Origin: Acidimicrobiia bacterium
GTDB taxonomy: Bacteria; Actinomycetota; Acidimicrobiia; Acidimicrobiales; JANYDT01
Direction of reading: 5' to 3'
NCBI GenBank assembly: GCA_031385545.1
Contig: JANNBN010000057.1
Location: forward strand, 3,055 to 67,054
Length of the DNA stretch: 64,000 bases
Positions 8,144-17,481 of the stretch are shown here, piece after piece. Every line of letters starts with the position of its first letter. Within the stretch, counting starts at the first letter, position 1. The translations under genes and the position numbers were made by a program. The notes under the pieces are model-generated. The model was not told the DNA's origin. It ran no database searches and worked only from the letters and a program-made list of their open reading frames with translations.

Positions 8144-9700
8144 ATGGAACACCCCCTTTCGGAGCGGCTCGAAGATTTGGCTCGGCGAAAGGCCGAAGCA
8201 TTCAACGCCGGGTCAGCCCGAGCCGTCGAACGTCAACACGCAAAGGGCAAGATGACGGCGCGCGAACGGATCGACTATCTGCTGGACGACGGTTCGTTCA
8301 TGGAGCTGGACCTGCTCGCACGCCATCGTGCGCAGGGCATGGGTCTCGAGAACGACCGCCCCTACACCGATGGCGTCATCACTGGTTGGGGCACCATCGA
8401 CGGCCGCAAGGTGATGGTGTTTGCCCAGGACTTCACGGTCTTCGGCGGCGCGCTGGGCGAAGTGCACTCCGAGAAGATTGTCAAGGTGATGGACCTCGCC
8501 ACCAGCGTGGGGGTGCCACTGATCGGTCTCAACGACTCGGGTGGCGCTCGCATCCAGGAGGGCGTGGTGTCGCTCGCCTCGTACGGCAACATCTTCTACC
8601 GAAACGTCAAGGCATCAGGGGTCATCCCGCAGATCAGCGTGATCATGGGCCCGTGCGCCGGCGGAGCGGTGTACTCGCCCGCGATGACGGACTTCGTCTA
8701 CATGGTCGACAAGACCAGCTATATGTTCATCACGGGTCCCGACGTCGTGAAGACGGTGACCGGTGAGGACGTCACGCCGGAAGAGCTGGGAGGTGCCACC
8801 ACGCACGCCACCAAGTCCGGTGTGGCCACGTTCGTCGCTCCCGACGACAAGAGCTGCCTGGAAGACGTGCGCTACCTGCTCGGCTTCCTGCCGCAGAACA
8901 ACTTGGAGGAAGCGCCACGCGCCGAAGTCACCGACGACCCCGAACGGTCGTGTCATGCATTGATGACGTTGATGCCTGAAAACCATAATCGTGCATACGA
9001 TATGAAGAAGGTCATCAAGGAAGTGGTCGACGACGGCGATTTCTACGAATACTTCCCGCGGTTCGCGAGCAACATCGTGTGTGGCTTTGCCCGCCTCGAT
9101 GGACACTCGGTCGGCATCGTCGGCAATCAGCCGATGGTCAAAGCAGGTGTCCTGGACATCGACTCGTCCGAGAAGGCTGCACGTTTCGTGCGTACCTGCG
9201 ATGCGTTCAACATCCCCATCGTCACCTTCATCGACGTCCCAGGATTCATGCCGGGTACCGATCAGGAGTACGGAGGCATCATCCGCCACGGGGCGAAGCT
9301 CCTTTACGCGTATTGCGAGGCGTCGGTTCCGCGCATCAGCGTCATCACTCGCAAGGCATATGGAGGCGCGTACGTGGTGATGGACTCGAAGTCCATCGGG
9401 TGCGACCTCGCGTTCGCATGGCCCAACGCCGAGCTCGCGGTGATGGGCGCGCAAGGAGCGGTGAACATCGTCTACCGCCGAGAACTGGACGCTGCACCCA
9501 ATCCTGAAGCACGCCGCGCGGAACTGGTCGAGGATTACAGCGAACGATTCGCCAACCCGTATATCGCGGCGGAGCGTGGATACGTCGACGACGTCATCGA
9601 TCCCGCCGACACTCGGAAGGTGCTCATCCGAGGTATGGCGATGCTGCGGACGAAGCGTGAAGATCTGCCGAAGCGCAAGCACGGGAACGTGCCGTTGTGA
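8144..9700 (+). CDS. Acyl-CoA carboxylase carboxyltransferase beta subunit (propionyl-/acetyl-CoA carboxylase, AccD5/PccB-like)
   Basis: 518 aa with full-length resemblance to PccB. Examples are [66 protein letters not shown] and [11 protein letters not shown]. Confidence 0.92.
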   Translation: MEHPLSERLEDLARRKAEAFNAGSARAVERQHAKGKMTARERIDYLLDDGSFMELDLLARHRAQGMGLENDRPYTDGVITGWGTIDGRKVMVFAQDFTVFGGALGEVHSEKIVKVMDLATSVGVPLIGLNDSGGARIQEGVVSLASYGNIFYRNVKASGVIPQISVIMGPCAGGAVYSPAMTDFVYMVDKTSYMFITGPDVVKTVTGEDVTPEELGGATTHATKSGVATFVAPDDKSCLEDVRYLLGFLPQNNLEEAPRAEVTDDPERSCHALMTLMPENHNRAYDMKKVIKEVVDDGDFYEYFPRFASNIVCGFARLDGHSVGIVGNQPMVKAGVLDIDSSEKAARFVRTCDAFNIPIVTFIDVPGFMPGTDQEYGGIIRHGAKLLYAYCEASVPRISVITRKAYGGAYVVMDSKSIGCDLAFAWPNAELAVMGAQGAVNIVYRRELDAAPNPEARRAELVEDYSERFANPYIAAERGYVDDVIDPADTRKVLIRGMAMLRTKREDLPKRKHGNVPL

Positions 9701-9894
9701 TCGAAAGCCAGCGACTGGCCATTGATCCGGCTCCCACCGACGAGGAAGCGGCTGCCATTGTGGCGGCCGTCGAGTTGGCATGGCCGCGGCCTGTGCTGCT
9801 GGCTGCGGTTGGACCCACTCGGGCCGATCCGCCGTCGTGGCGATGGTCCGGACGCTGGTGGGCCAACGGGTTGCAGCGCGGACGCCGAGTTTGA
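9697..9894 (+). CDS. Acyl-CoA carboxylase epsilon subunit (AccE-like)
   Basis: 65 aa, overlapping the beta-subunit stop by 4 nt. The Ala-rich peptide ends in SWRWSGRWW, as in actinobacterial AccE proteins. Confidence 0.7.
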   Translation: MIESQRLAIDPAPTDEEAAAIVAAVELAWPRPVLLAAVGPTRADPPSWRWSGRWWANGLQRGRRV

Positions 9895-10050
9895 ACCCGC
9901 ACTCAGGCCCGAAACAGGATCTGAGCGACTGAAGCAGGATTCACCGGTATTTCGTCCCGGCGATTGAATCAGCCGAACAGGTCTTGAGACCTACCGGCCC
10001 GGTGCCGAAGTCTCACCTCGTGAAGGTCCCGCTCGAAAGTAACGCAGACC

Positions 10051-11685
10051 ATGATGCTTGATCTGCGCGCTGAGAAGCGCCCCGGTCTGCTCGGCCGCAG
10101 TGACACGCTCGCCATGCTCGAGATCTACGTCGAGAAGGCCGTCAAACAGCTCCACATCGCAGTCCCGATCGTCACCGGCCCCGAGGGCATGGGACGGTCC
10201 GCTGTCCTCCACGAGTTGCTGGAACGGTCTCGCAACACAGGCCGCACCGGTGGCTATGGCTGCGTGCGTTCAGGACTGGGTCAAGCACTCATTGACGCAA
10301 CCACGTCACTCGCTGTGTCGATCAAATCGCTGTATCCCGATTCCCACTGCACGACCGACCTGATACTGGCGGCAGAAGATTTCCGCCGGCGTAGCCCCGA
10401 CGAGGCGACGGAGGAAGGTTTCGTTTCGGCAATCGATCACCTGTTGTACGCGTTGTCGACGGCGTTGAGCGAGGTGGCCCGCGGCTACCTGCTGTGCATC
10501 GACGACCTGCAATTTGCCAACGACGGCCGGGTCCGCGTGTTCCTCGAAGGCCTGATCGCGCTGTCCTCGACCGGAGCTCCGATCCCCGTTGTCCTGACCA
10601 GTTCGGTCGGACTGGGCGTGCGGGTGATCCCGCAGGGACTTGACCAGTTGCAGCTGCGACCGCTGACGAACGCAGACCTCGCCGACATCGCGCAGCGCCA
10701 GGGTGTCATCGCCACACCGGAAGTGATCCGTCAGATCGGCGAGTACGTCGAAGGTCGGCCAGGACGAGCCCTCGAGATCATTGAGCGCGCATCGGCCAAA
10801 GGCCTTGTGGACGCGCACACCGTGCGCGCCGTGATCGCCGAGTCCAAGATTCTCGGAGCCGAGCGCGACGCCTTTGCCGATGCCGAGCGGATTGCAGCGC
10901 AGGCCCGCACGGCGGCACCCGATACGTCCGGAGTCCCGGCGCCGACGGAAGCCCCCGAAGACACTCCTGCCGGTCCTGTCACTGCGTCCGCCTTCGGAGG
11001 TGGTTTCGACCGATCGCTGCCCACCGCCCACACCGATCATGTGGTGACCAAGTCTCAGGTGTATTTGGACGGTCTTGAAATGACCGACCCAACGACGAAC
11101 GCCGACCTGATTGCCGCGACCGACATCGAACCTGTTTCGCCGGTAGCCATGACGGGAGTCGAAACGTCGGTCGAGCCGAACGACTTTGCCGACTCCGGCG
11201 ACTCGGCCGACTTTGCGGACTCCGGCGACTCGGCCCCCGTGTCACCTGAACCAGCTGAATCGATTGCACTTCGCGTGGAGTTGGTCGAGGATGCCGTTCG
11301 GCTTACCGTTCCTGTCGCCCGCCCATCGGACGCAGTCGCGCTTCCGGTTCGTGAGGAGGGAATGACCAGGTTCAGCGGGGCTGTTCAGGCTGCCGCAGCC
11401 GCACCTCAGGCACAACTCCTTGCGCTGACTCCGACGCAGCGGCGCGTGCTCGGGTGCATCGCCGAGGCCGCCGATGCTGCCGTCCGAAGCGGATCGGCCC
11501 CCGCCGTCAGAGTTGCGCTTGTCAAGCGGACGCTGGGTGAAGTGTCTCGTTTCGGAGGAGCCGCTTCGCCTGTCGGCGATGCGTTGGAATCGCTGGGTTC
11601 AGCTGGTTTCCTGCAACTGGACGGCGATACGGTCTCGTTGACCGACTTGGGTCGACGGCACTCCTCTGTGACAACCGACGAGTGA
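10051..11685 (+). CDS. AAA_16-like NTPase-fold protein with degenerate Walker A, acidic repeat region and C-terminal wHTH-like segment
   Basis: 544 aa. LLGRSDTLAMLEIYVEK...IVTGPEGMGRSAVLHELLE shows the AAA_16 layout, but the P-loop Lys is replaced (GMGRS). Walker-B-like LLCIDDLQF is present. The C-terminal QRRVLGCIAEA...GFLQLDGDTVSLTDLG looks MarR/wHTH-like. Confidence 0.6.
   Translation: MMLDLRAEKRPGLLGRSDTLAMLEIYVEKAVKQLHIAVPIVTGPEGMGRSAVLHELLERSRNTGRTGGYGCVRSGLGQALIDATTSLAVSIKSLYPDSHCTTDLILAAEDFRRRSPDEATEEGFVSAIDHLLYALSTALSEVARGYLLCIDDLQFANDGRVRVFLEGLIALSSTGAPIPVVLTSSVGLGVRVIPQGLDQLQLRPLTNADLADIAQRQGVIATPEVIRQIGEYVEGRPGRALEIIERASAKGLVDAHTVRAVIAESKILGAERDAFADAERIAAQARTAAPDTSGVPAPTEAPEDTPAGPVTASAFGGGFDRSLPTAHTDHVVTKSQVYLDGLEMTDPTTNADLIAATDIEPVSPVAMTGVETSVEPNDFADSGDSADFADSGDSAPVSPEPAESIALRVELVEDAVRLTVPVARPSDAVALPVREEGMTRFSGAVQAAAAAPQAQLLALTPTQRRVLGCIAEAADAAVRSGSAPAVRVALVKRTLGEVSRFGGAASPVGDALESLGSAGFLQLDGDTVSLTDLGRRHSSVTTDE
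11182..11235 (+). repeat. 2 x 27-bp tandem repeat inside the CDS (DFADSGDSA x2)
   Basis: GACTTTGCCGACTCCGGCGACTCGGCC at 11182-11208 is repeated at 11209-11235 with one mismatch. Confidence 0.9.
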
Positions 11686-11703
11686 CCCGCGCGGGGCGCT
11701 ACA

Positions 11704-12597
11704 TTGCGCTCTGCCATGACTTCTCAACCAGAGCAGGCCAACCTCGATCAGGGCACCAACCGCGCGATCGTCGACGACAAGAACCTGATCGTCGACGAGT
11801 TCGCTGAACGTCTTGCGGCCTTCAAGCAGCTCTCCAAGGATGATGTCGACGGCGCGTCGCAAATCCTTGATCGGCTTGGAGCAAAGGGCAAGGTTGAAGC
11901 GGACATCGTCAAAGAGATGGCTGCAATCAGGCCGCTCTGGCTACCCGGACGGTTCGAGGAGGCGCATCGTATAGCGATGCGAGCCCTCGAGGTCCTCGAC
12001 CGCAACGGCGCCCGTGCGCCGAAGCTCCCGCCGATGGGACCACTGGCCCCCGTTGCCTCGTTTCTCATCCAGTTGGTTGCACGGTTCATCGTGAGGAACC
12101 ACCAGGCCGAGGTCATCAAGGCCATCAAACACATCTACATCCGGCGAGAAACGCAGTGTCCGCCCACGTCGCCGGAGCGGTTCATCGTCCGACGGGCCCG
12201 TATCGACGCCGAACGGGTGCAGCCCACGCTGCGGTCCAATCCGATCGGGGTGCCAGCGTTCCTTCTCGGTGGCGCGTTCCTGAGTTCCATCCTGTCCAGT
12301 ATCGGGCGAGGTCTGTCCAACGCCAGCGGTTCCAAGGTCGGGGTGCTCATCGCTGCGTTGGTTCTGTGCTTCGTCATCGCTGGTGTGTCCTGGACCGTTG
12401 TGCGTGGCGCAGCAGTGGCTCGCAGCCGTATCCGGCTCAGCCTTGACCGCCCGCTGAACGGACTGTGGGAAACAATCGGAGCAGCAGGCAACCCTCCGAA
12501 AGACCAATCACGCGTGTTTGCTCTGATCGCGACCGTGCTGCCGCTTTTCGGTGCAGTGGTGCTGTTTGCCGGAGTGGTTTTCGCGGCACTGCGCTAA
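11704..12597 (+). CDS. Hypothetical membrane protein
   Basis: 297 aa, 18 nt downstream of the previous gene. It has a soluble N-terminal half and then at least 3 hydrophobic spans (VPAFLLGGAFLSSILSSI, VLIAALVLCFVIAGVSWTVV, FALIATVLPLFGAVVLFAGVVFAAL). Confidence 0.55.
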   Translation: MRSAMTSQPEQANLDQGTNRAIVDDKNLIVDEFAERLAAFKQLSKDDVDGASQILDRLGAKGKVEADIVKEMAAIRPLWLPGRFEEAHRIAMRALEVLDRNGARAPKLPPMGPLAPVASFLIQLVARFIVRNHQAEVIKAIKHIYIRRETQCPPTSPERFIVRRARIDAERVQPTLRSNPIGVPAFLLGGAFLSSILSSIGRGLSNASGSKVGVLIAALVLCFVIAGVSWTVVRGAAVARSRIRLSLDRPLNGLWETIGAAGNPPKDQSRVFALIATVLPLFGAVVLFAGVVFAALR

Positions 12598-12637
12598 CGG
12601 TTGCCCTATTGCTGAGCGCCCTTCGAGGTCCCCGCCG

Positions 12638-14587
12638 CTAGCTACCGGCCCGATACTGCACCACGAGGTCGGCAATGTCGTCCATGATGCGCGACAGGTC
12701 GAAGTCCTTCGGTGTGTACACCCGTGCAACCCCGTCGGCAAGCAGTGAAGCGGCGTCTGCATCGGGGATGATCCCACCGACCACAACCGGCGCGTCGATA
12801 CCCATGGAACGAAGTCGGCCGACGAGCCCGGGAACCAGTTGCAGATGCGAACCCGACAGAATGGACAGGCCGATGAGGTCCGGGTCCTCGTCGCGTGCCG
12901 ACGCCAGTATCTCTTCGGGCGTCGACCTGATGCCGTGATAGATGACCTCCATCCCAGCATCGCGGGCCGCGACGGCGATCTGTTCGGCACCGTTGGAATG
13001 ACCATCCAGGCCGGGTTTGGCGACCAGGATTCGGGGCGGCCCACCCGCCATCGACCGTGATCGGGCGGCCACGGCCGACAGGCCGGCGCTGGCTATTGCT
13101 ACGCCGGCGCCCACCCCTGTCGGGGCGCGGAACTCGCCGAACTCCGCCCGCAGCAGCGCGGCCCATTCGCCCGTGGTGCCACCAGCCTGAGCAAGAGCGA
13201 TCGACGGTTCCATGATGTTCGCGCCGGTCCGGGCTGCTTCACGAAGCGCCCCGAGCGCAATCGAAACTGCGCCCCCGTCACGCGTGTTGCGCCACCGCAC
13301 GATGTCGTCGATGGCGTCCTGCTGCACCCGGGGATCGACAGTGACGATGAGGTTGCCGGTCGCCAGGGGCGAGGCTTCGGTCTCGGTAAAGCAGTTGACT
13401 CCGACAACCTTGATGTCACCGGACTCGATGCGACGGAGACGTTCAGTATGTGAACGTACTAACCGGCTCTTGAGTTCTCCGATGCACCGGAAGGCACCAC
13501 CTCGGTCGAGGACGTCCTGGAGTTCTGCCCACGCCGCGGCTTCGAGTTCTCTCGTCTTTGCCTCGACCACGTGCGAGCCGTTGAACAGATCGTCGTACTC
13601 CAGAAGGTCAGTTTCGTAGGCGAGCACCTGCTGCAGTCGGAGCGACCACTGCTGGTCCCACGGGGTGGGGAGACCGAGCGCTTCGTTCCAGGCCGGCAGC
13701 TGCACTGCCCGGGCGCGGGCGTCCTTCGAGAGCGTGACGCCCAGCATCTCAAGCACGATCCGCGCCACGTTGTTTTCCGGCTGGGCCTCGGTGAGCCCGA
13801 GCGAGTTGACCTGCAGCCCATAGCGGAACCTGCGCAACTTCGGATCAGTGACGCCGTAGCGTTCTGCGCAGATGCGGTCCCATAGCGACGTGAACGCGCG
13901 CATCTTGCACAACTCCTCGACGAACCGGATCCCGGCATTGACGAAGAACGAGATGCGTCCGACGATGAGTGCGAAATCCGTATCGGGGATCTGTCCGCCT
14001 GCCTGTACAGCGTCGAGCACGTCGATTGCAGTGGCCAGCGCGTAGGCGAGTTCTTGGACGGTCGTCGCTCCGGCTTCCTGCAGGTGATAGCTGCACACGT
14101 TGATCGGGTTCCACTTCGGAACGTTGACCACGGTGTACGAAACCATGTCCACGATCAGGCGCTTCGATGCGTCGGGCGGAAAGATGTACGTTCCGCGCGA
14201 CAGGTACTCCTTCACGATGTCGTTCTGGGTGGTCCCCTGTAAGTTGCGCCTGTCAGCACCCTGCGCGTCTGCGTTGGCCAGATAGAGCGCCAACATCCAC
14301 GCAGCTGTCGCGTTGATCGTCATCGAGGTGTTCATGCGCTCGAGGGGAATATCAGTCAGGAGGGCGTGCATATGTCCGATGTGCGCGACAGGGACGCCGA
14401 CCTTTCCGACTTCGCCGACAGCTCGTGGATCATCGGGGTCGTAACCGGTTTGGGTCGGCAGGTCGAACGCGATGGACAGGCCCGTTTGGCCTTTTGCGAG
14501 GTTGGTCCGGTAGAGCTGATTCGAAGCGGCTGCCGTCGAGTGGCCGGCGTAGGTGCGCATGACCCAAGGCGCCTCTGGTCGATTCAT
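12638..14587 (-). CDS. B12-dependent acyl-CoA mutase, fused catalytic and cobalamin-binding domains (MeaA / ethylmalonyl-CoA mutase-like)
   Basis: 649 aa. PWVMRTYAGHSTAAASNQLYRTNLAKGQTGLSIAFDLPTQTGYDPD is the ICM/ECM-type N-terminus. The C-terminal B12 domain carries the DxHxxG motif (KPGLDGHSNGA). Confidence 0.88.
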   Translation of the reverse strand: MNRPEAPWVMRTYAGHSTAAASNQLYRTNLAKGQTGLSIAFDLPTQTGYDPDDPRAVGEVGKVGVPVAHIGHMHALLTDIPLERMNTSMTINATAAWMLALYLANADAQGADRRNLQGTTQNDIVKEYLSRGTYIFPPDASKRLIVDMVSYTVVNVPKWNPINVCSYHLQEAGATTVQELAYALATAIDVLDAVQAGGQIPDTDFALIVGRISFFVNAGIRFVEELCKMRAFTSLWDRICAERYGVTDPKLRRFRYGLQVNSLGLTEAQPENNVARIVLEMLGVTLSKDARARAVQLPAWNEALGLPTPWDQQWSLRLQQVLAYETDLLEYDDLFNGSHVVEAKTRELEAAAWAELQDVLDRGGAFRCIGELKSRLVRSHTERLRRIESGDIKVVGVNCFTETEASPLATGNLIVTVDPRVQQDAIDDIVRWRNTRDGGAVSIALGALREAARTGANIMEPSIALAQAGGTTGEWAALLRAEFGEFRAPTGVGAGVAIASAGLSAVAARSRSMAGGPPRILVAKPGLDGHSNGAEQIAVAARDAGMEVIYHGIRSTPEEILASARDEDPDLIGLSILSGSHLQLVPGLVGRLRSMGIDAPVVVGGIIPDADAASLLADGVARVYTPKDFDLSRIMDDIADLVVQYRAGS

Positions 14588-14949
14588 TCGTCCATTCTGG
14601 CCGTGCGAGCGTGTTGGTTACCAGACGCGGGTTCGGTGGGGACGACAGAGAGAGCCCCGGAGACGGTGTCGGCGCGATCGAAGTGAAACAGTGCCAGCCG
14701 TCGACGGTCTGCTGCGGCTCGGAGTTGATACCACCGCCATACCAACCATGCGGGCGGAACAAACGCGATAGCTGATCCGACGGTGCCGACGAACTTGCCG
14801 ATGTTCTCGCCGCTGGTCCGTGCTGTGACCAGAATAGCGAGGGTCAGCACGACGATGTTCCACAACAGAAATGCACCGCCGAGAAGGACCCATCTCCGGA
14901 AGTTGGGCCTATCTGTCTGTCGAAACTCGGGGCGATCGGTGAGGCTCAT
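14584..14949 (-). CDS. Small two-TM membrane protein, coupled to the mutase gene
   Basis: 121 aa with two hydrophobic spans. Its stop overlaps the mutase ATG (ATGA). Confidence 0.5.
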   Translation of the reverse strand: MSLTDRPEFRQTDRPNFRRWVLLGGAFLLWNIVVLTLAILVTARTSGENIGKFVGTVGSAIAFVPPAWLVWRWYQLRAAADRRRLALFHFDRADTVSGALSVVPTEPASGNQHARTARMDE

Positions 14950-15004
14950 CGACCCAGTCTGGCCGAGTGTCTCGTGGATCAGGACAATTCAGTAACGTCA
15001 GGTC

Positions 15005-15394
15005 ATGCCAGCTACCCGCCGCTCACTCGACATGGTGGCCGAAGCCTCGGCCCGCATCCGTACCTATTCGGTGGCCGAGGCCACAGCCAAGCTGGGTGCC
15101 GAGGGCGTGACATTCGTCGATCTGCGCGACCCTCGAGAACTCGACCGTGACGGGCGTATCCCCGGTGCACTCCACGCGACCCGAGGCATGTTGGAGTTCT
15201 GGGTCGACCCCGAAAGCCCGTACTACCGGTCCGTCTTCGGAGAAGACCGAGAGTTCGTGCTGTTCTGTGGTGGCGGGTGGCGCTCGGCCCTTGCGGCCGC
15301 AACGCTGCTGGATATGGGATTCGACCACGAATCCGTGGCGCACATCGACGGGGGATTCGCTGCCTGGAAGAAGGCCGCCGCGCCGATGGAGTGA
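15005..15394 (+). CDS. Rhodanese-domain sulfurtransferase
   Basis: 129 aa. FVDLRDPRE...GRIPGALH and the active-site loop FCGGGWRS. Confidence 0.85.
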   Translation: MPATRRSLDMVAEASARIRTYSVAEATAKLGAEGVTFVDLRDPRELDRDGRIPGALHATRGMLEFWVDPESPYYRSVFGEDREFVLFCGGGWRSALAAATLLDMGFDHESVAHIDGGFAAWKKAAAPME

Positions 15395-15398
15395 CTGC

Positions 15399-15890
15399 TC
15401 AGCGTTTTGCCAGCGGTGCGAACATCGCGCCGGTCAACGCCGCAAGGTCGTCCGGTGCCAGTTCAATCTCAAGGCCGCGCCGCCCGGCACTGACGAAGAT
15501 CGTGTCCCAGAGCTGAGCGTCCTCGTCGATCAGTGTGCGGTGCCTCTGGCGTTGGCCGAGCGGACTGATACCGCCGAGGACGTATCCGGTCGCTCGTTGC
15601 GCGTCGCGTTGGCCGGCCATTTCGGCCCGTCGAGCGCCCAGCGTGACAGCAAGCACCTTCAAGTCGCATGTGCTGTCAGACGGAACCACTGCCACCACCA
15701 ATTCGTCTCGGGGGTCGCCCTTCACGATCACAAGCAACGTCTTGTACACCCGCGCCGGATCGACGTCCAGAGCCAACGATGCTTCGTGTGCATACGAAGC
15801 CGCCGCTGGATCATGGATGTATTCGTGCAGTTTGTGTGTGATACCTCCATGCGCTGCCGCAGCCGTCGCCGGCGTCTGCCTTCCGCTCAT
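15399..15890 (-). CDS. ybaK: Cys-tRNA(Pro)/Cys-tRNA(Cys) deacylase YbaK
   Basis: This is the C-terminal 163 aa of ORF 15399-16358. [12 protein letters not shown]...[15 protein letters not shown]...[14 protein letters not shown]...[14 protein letters not shown] is the YbaK/ProX pattern. The longer ORF upstream is antisense to the cyclophilin gene. Confidence 0.85.
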   Translation of the reverse strand: MSGRQTPATAAAAHGGITHKLHEYIHDPAAASYAHEASLALDVDPARVYKTLLVIVKGDPRDELVVAVVPSDSTCDLKVLAVTLGARRAEMAGQRDAQRATGYVLGGISPLGQRQRHRTLIDEDAQLWDTIFVSAGRRGLEIELAPDDLAALTGAMFAPLAKR

Positions 15891-15959
15891 CTCGGCAACC
15901 GCTGCACCATGGCGACAGTCTGCTCCGGCACACCGGCACCCGCCAGTAAGGTTGTACGC

Positions 15960-16493
15960 ATGGCAACCGTGAACCCCACCGCAACCTGTGAGACCAGCCT
16001 CGGCACGTTCGAAGTCGAGCTCTTTCTCCGTGAAATGCCACTCACCGCGGGCAATTTCATCGACCTGGCAGAGAGTGGCTTCTACAACGGCCTGCACTTC
16101 CATCGGGTCATCGACAATTTCATGATCCAGTTCGGCTGCCCCCATAGCAAAGACCCGTTCAGCTCGCAGGCCGGCACCGGTCAGAGCCCGAAGGGCCGCA
16201 TCCGCGACGAGTTCCCCGACAGCTTCAAGGCCTCCAACGAGCCAGGCACGCTGTCGATGGCCAACACCGGCCAGCCCAACTCCGGTGGTTCGCAGTTCTT
16301 CATCAACACCAAGCACAACACCTACCTGGACTGGTTTGCACCAGGTGCATCCCGCCATCCCGTATTCGGCAAGATTGTCGGCGGCACCGATGTCATCTCG
16401 GCAATCGAGAAGACCCAGACCGACGGGCGAGACCGTCCAGTTACCCCGGTGCAGATGATCTCAGTCACCATCAACCGGCCAGTCGAAGCCTGA
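15960..16493 (+). CDS. Cyclophilin-type peptidyl-prolyl cis-trans isomerase
   Basis: 177 aa. [29 protein letters not shown] and [18 protein letters not shown]. The start is an internal ATG of ORF 15147-16493 (alternative ATG 51 nt upstream). Confidence 0.9.
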   Translation: MATVNPTATCETSLGTFEVELFLREMPLTAGNFIDLAESGFYNGLHFHRVIDNFMIQFGCPHSKDPFSSQAGTGQSPKGRIRDEFPDSFKASNEPGTLSMANTGQPNSGGSQFFINTKHNTYLDWFAPGASRHPVFGKIVGGTDVISAIEKTQTDGRDRPVTPVQMISVTINRPVEA

Positions 16494-16563
16494 TTCCCTG
16501 GCCGAATAGTCCCGGCAAGATAGAGCCCGGTAGGGCCCGAGCGGGCAATGCCCCGTGGTCCCG

Positions 16564-17382
16564 CTACTGGGCTGCGACCGATGTTGACGACGTTGCGGTT
16601 CCGCCTTCACCCTCGGCGACGATCTCGAGGCTCTTGATCGTGACGAGCTGCGACGACACCTCGGAACCCTCGACCGCCAGCGCGTCGATCTTGCGCACCA
16701 CATCGAGTCCCTGGCTGACCTTGCCCAGCGGAGCGAAGTCGGCCGGGTTCAGTGCAGCTCCGGACGCACCCGAGATGATCAGGAACTGGCTGCCGTTCGC
16801 CCTGTCAGCCATGACAACCGACCCGGGTTGCAACGGCTCTGCGCCAGATTCTGGTGGAATCGTGTAGCCGGGTCCGCCTTCGCCGCTGGCATCAGGGCTG
16901 CCGCTTTGGACGAGGAAGTCGCCGATGACCCGGTGGAACGGCAGGCCGTCATAGAAGCTGTAACGGGCCAGGTAGATGAAGTTGTTCACGGTCTTCGGGG
17001 CCGCGTTCTGGTCGAGGTCGATCCAGATGGTTCCCTTGTCCGTCTTGAGTTTCGCCCGGTATTTCGCTGCGAGGTCGATGCACATTGGCGGGTCAAGGGG
17101 GAAGACGCGTGTTTGGTTGTTCCCGCCCGTCGGGCTGGGGCAGGGAAGGGCCTCTGGCGCCAAGGTGGTCGGTGGCAACGTGATCGGTGTCGTGGGGACA
17201 ATTTCGGGCGCGCTGACCGTGACATCGGGCACCGGTGAAGCCGCTGTTTCGGTATCGCGGACTGCAGAACCGACGAGCGCGGCGACTGCCGTCAGGACGA
17301 CCACCCCTCCGGCAACGACCATCGCGCGGCCCCGAACCCCTCGGGTGTCTCCAGGTTCATCGTCTGTTTCGTACGTGGCCAT
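16564..17382 (-). CDS. Membrane-anchored cyclophilin-type PPIase
   Basis: 272 aa. It has an N-terminal TM helix and a Pro/Thr linker, followed by NNFIYLARYSFYDGLPFHRVIGDFLVQSG and VVMADRANGSQFLI. Confidence 0.85.
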   Translation of the reverse strand: MATYETDDEPGDTRGVRGRAMVVAGGVVVLTAVAALVGSAVRDTETAASPVPDVTVSAPEIVPTTPITLPPTTLAPEALPCPSPTGGNNQTRVFPLDPPMCIDLAAKYRAKLKTDKGTIWIDLDQNAAPKTVNNFIYLARYSFYDGLPFHRVIGDFLVQSGSPDASGEGGPGYTIPPESGAEPLQPGSVVMADRANGSQFLIISGASGAALNPADFAPLGKVSQGLDVVRKIDALAVEGSEVSSQLVTIKSLEIVAEGEGGTATSSTSVAAQ

Positions 17383-17481
17383 ATGGTCGAGGGTAGTTCA
17401 CCCCCCAGGCAAGTGAGCGGATTGCGCCGGAAAGGACTCCCCTGCCGGTAGGCTGCGACGGCCTGTTCCGGGCGAGCTCTT

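Noticed and set aside
9915-9926. The 12-mer CAGGATCTGAGC is shared between the accE downstream region and the epimerase downstream region (49503-49514)
   Set aside because: It is a single short match found post hoc and the flanks do not align convincingly. It is possibly a fragment of a repeat element but is insufficient evidence on its own.
15147-16493. 448-aa plus-strand ORF and the 319-aa minus-strand ORF 15399-16358, which overlap each other
   Set aside because: Only the 3' third of each encodes a recognisable protein (cyclophilin from 15960, YbaK up to 15890). The remaining parts are mutual antisense shadows with Arg/Ser/Pro-rich composition.
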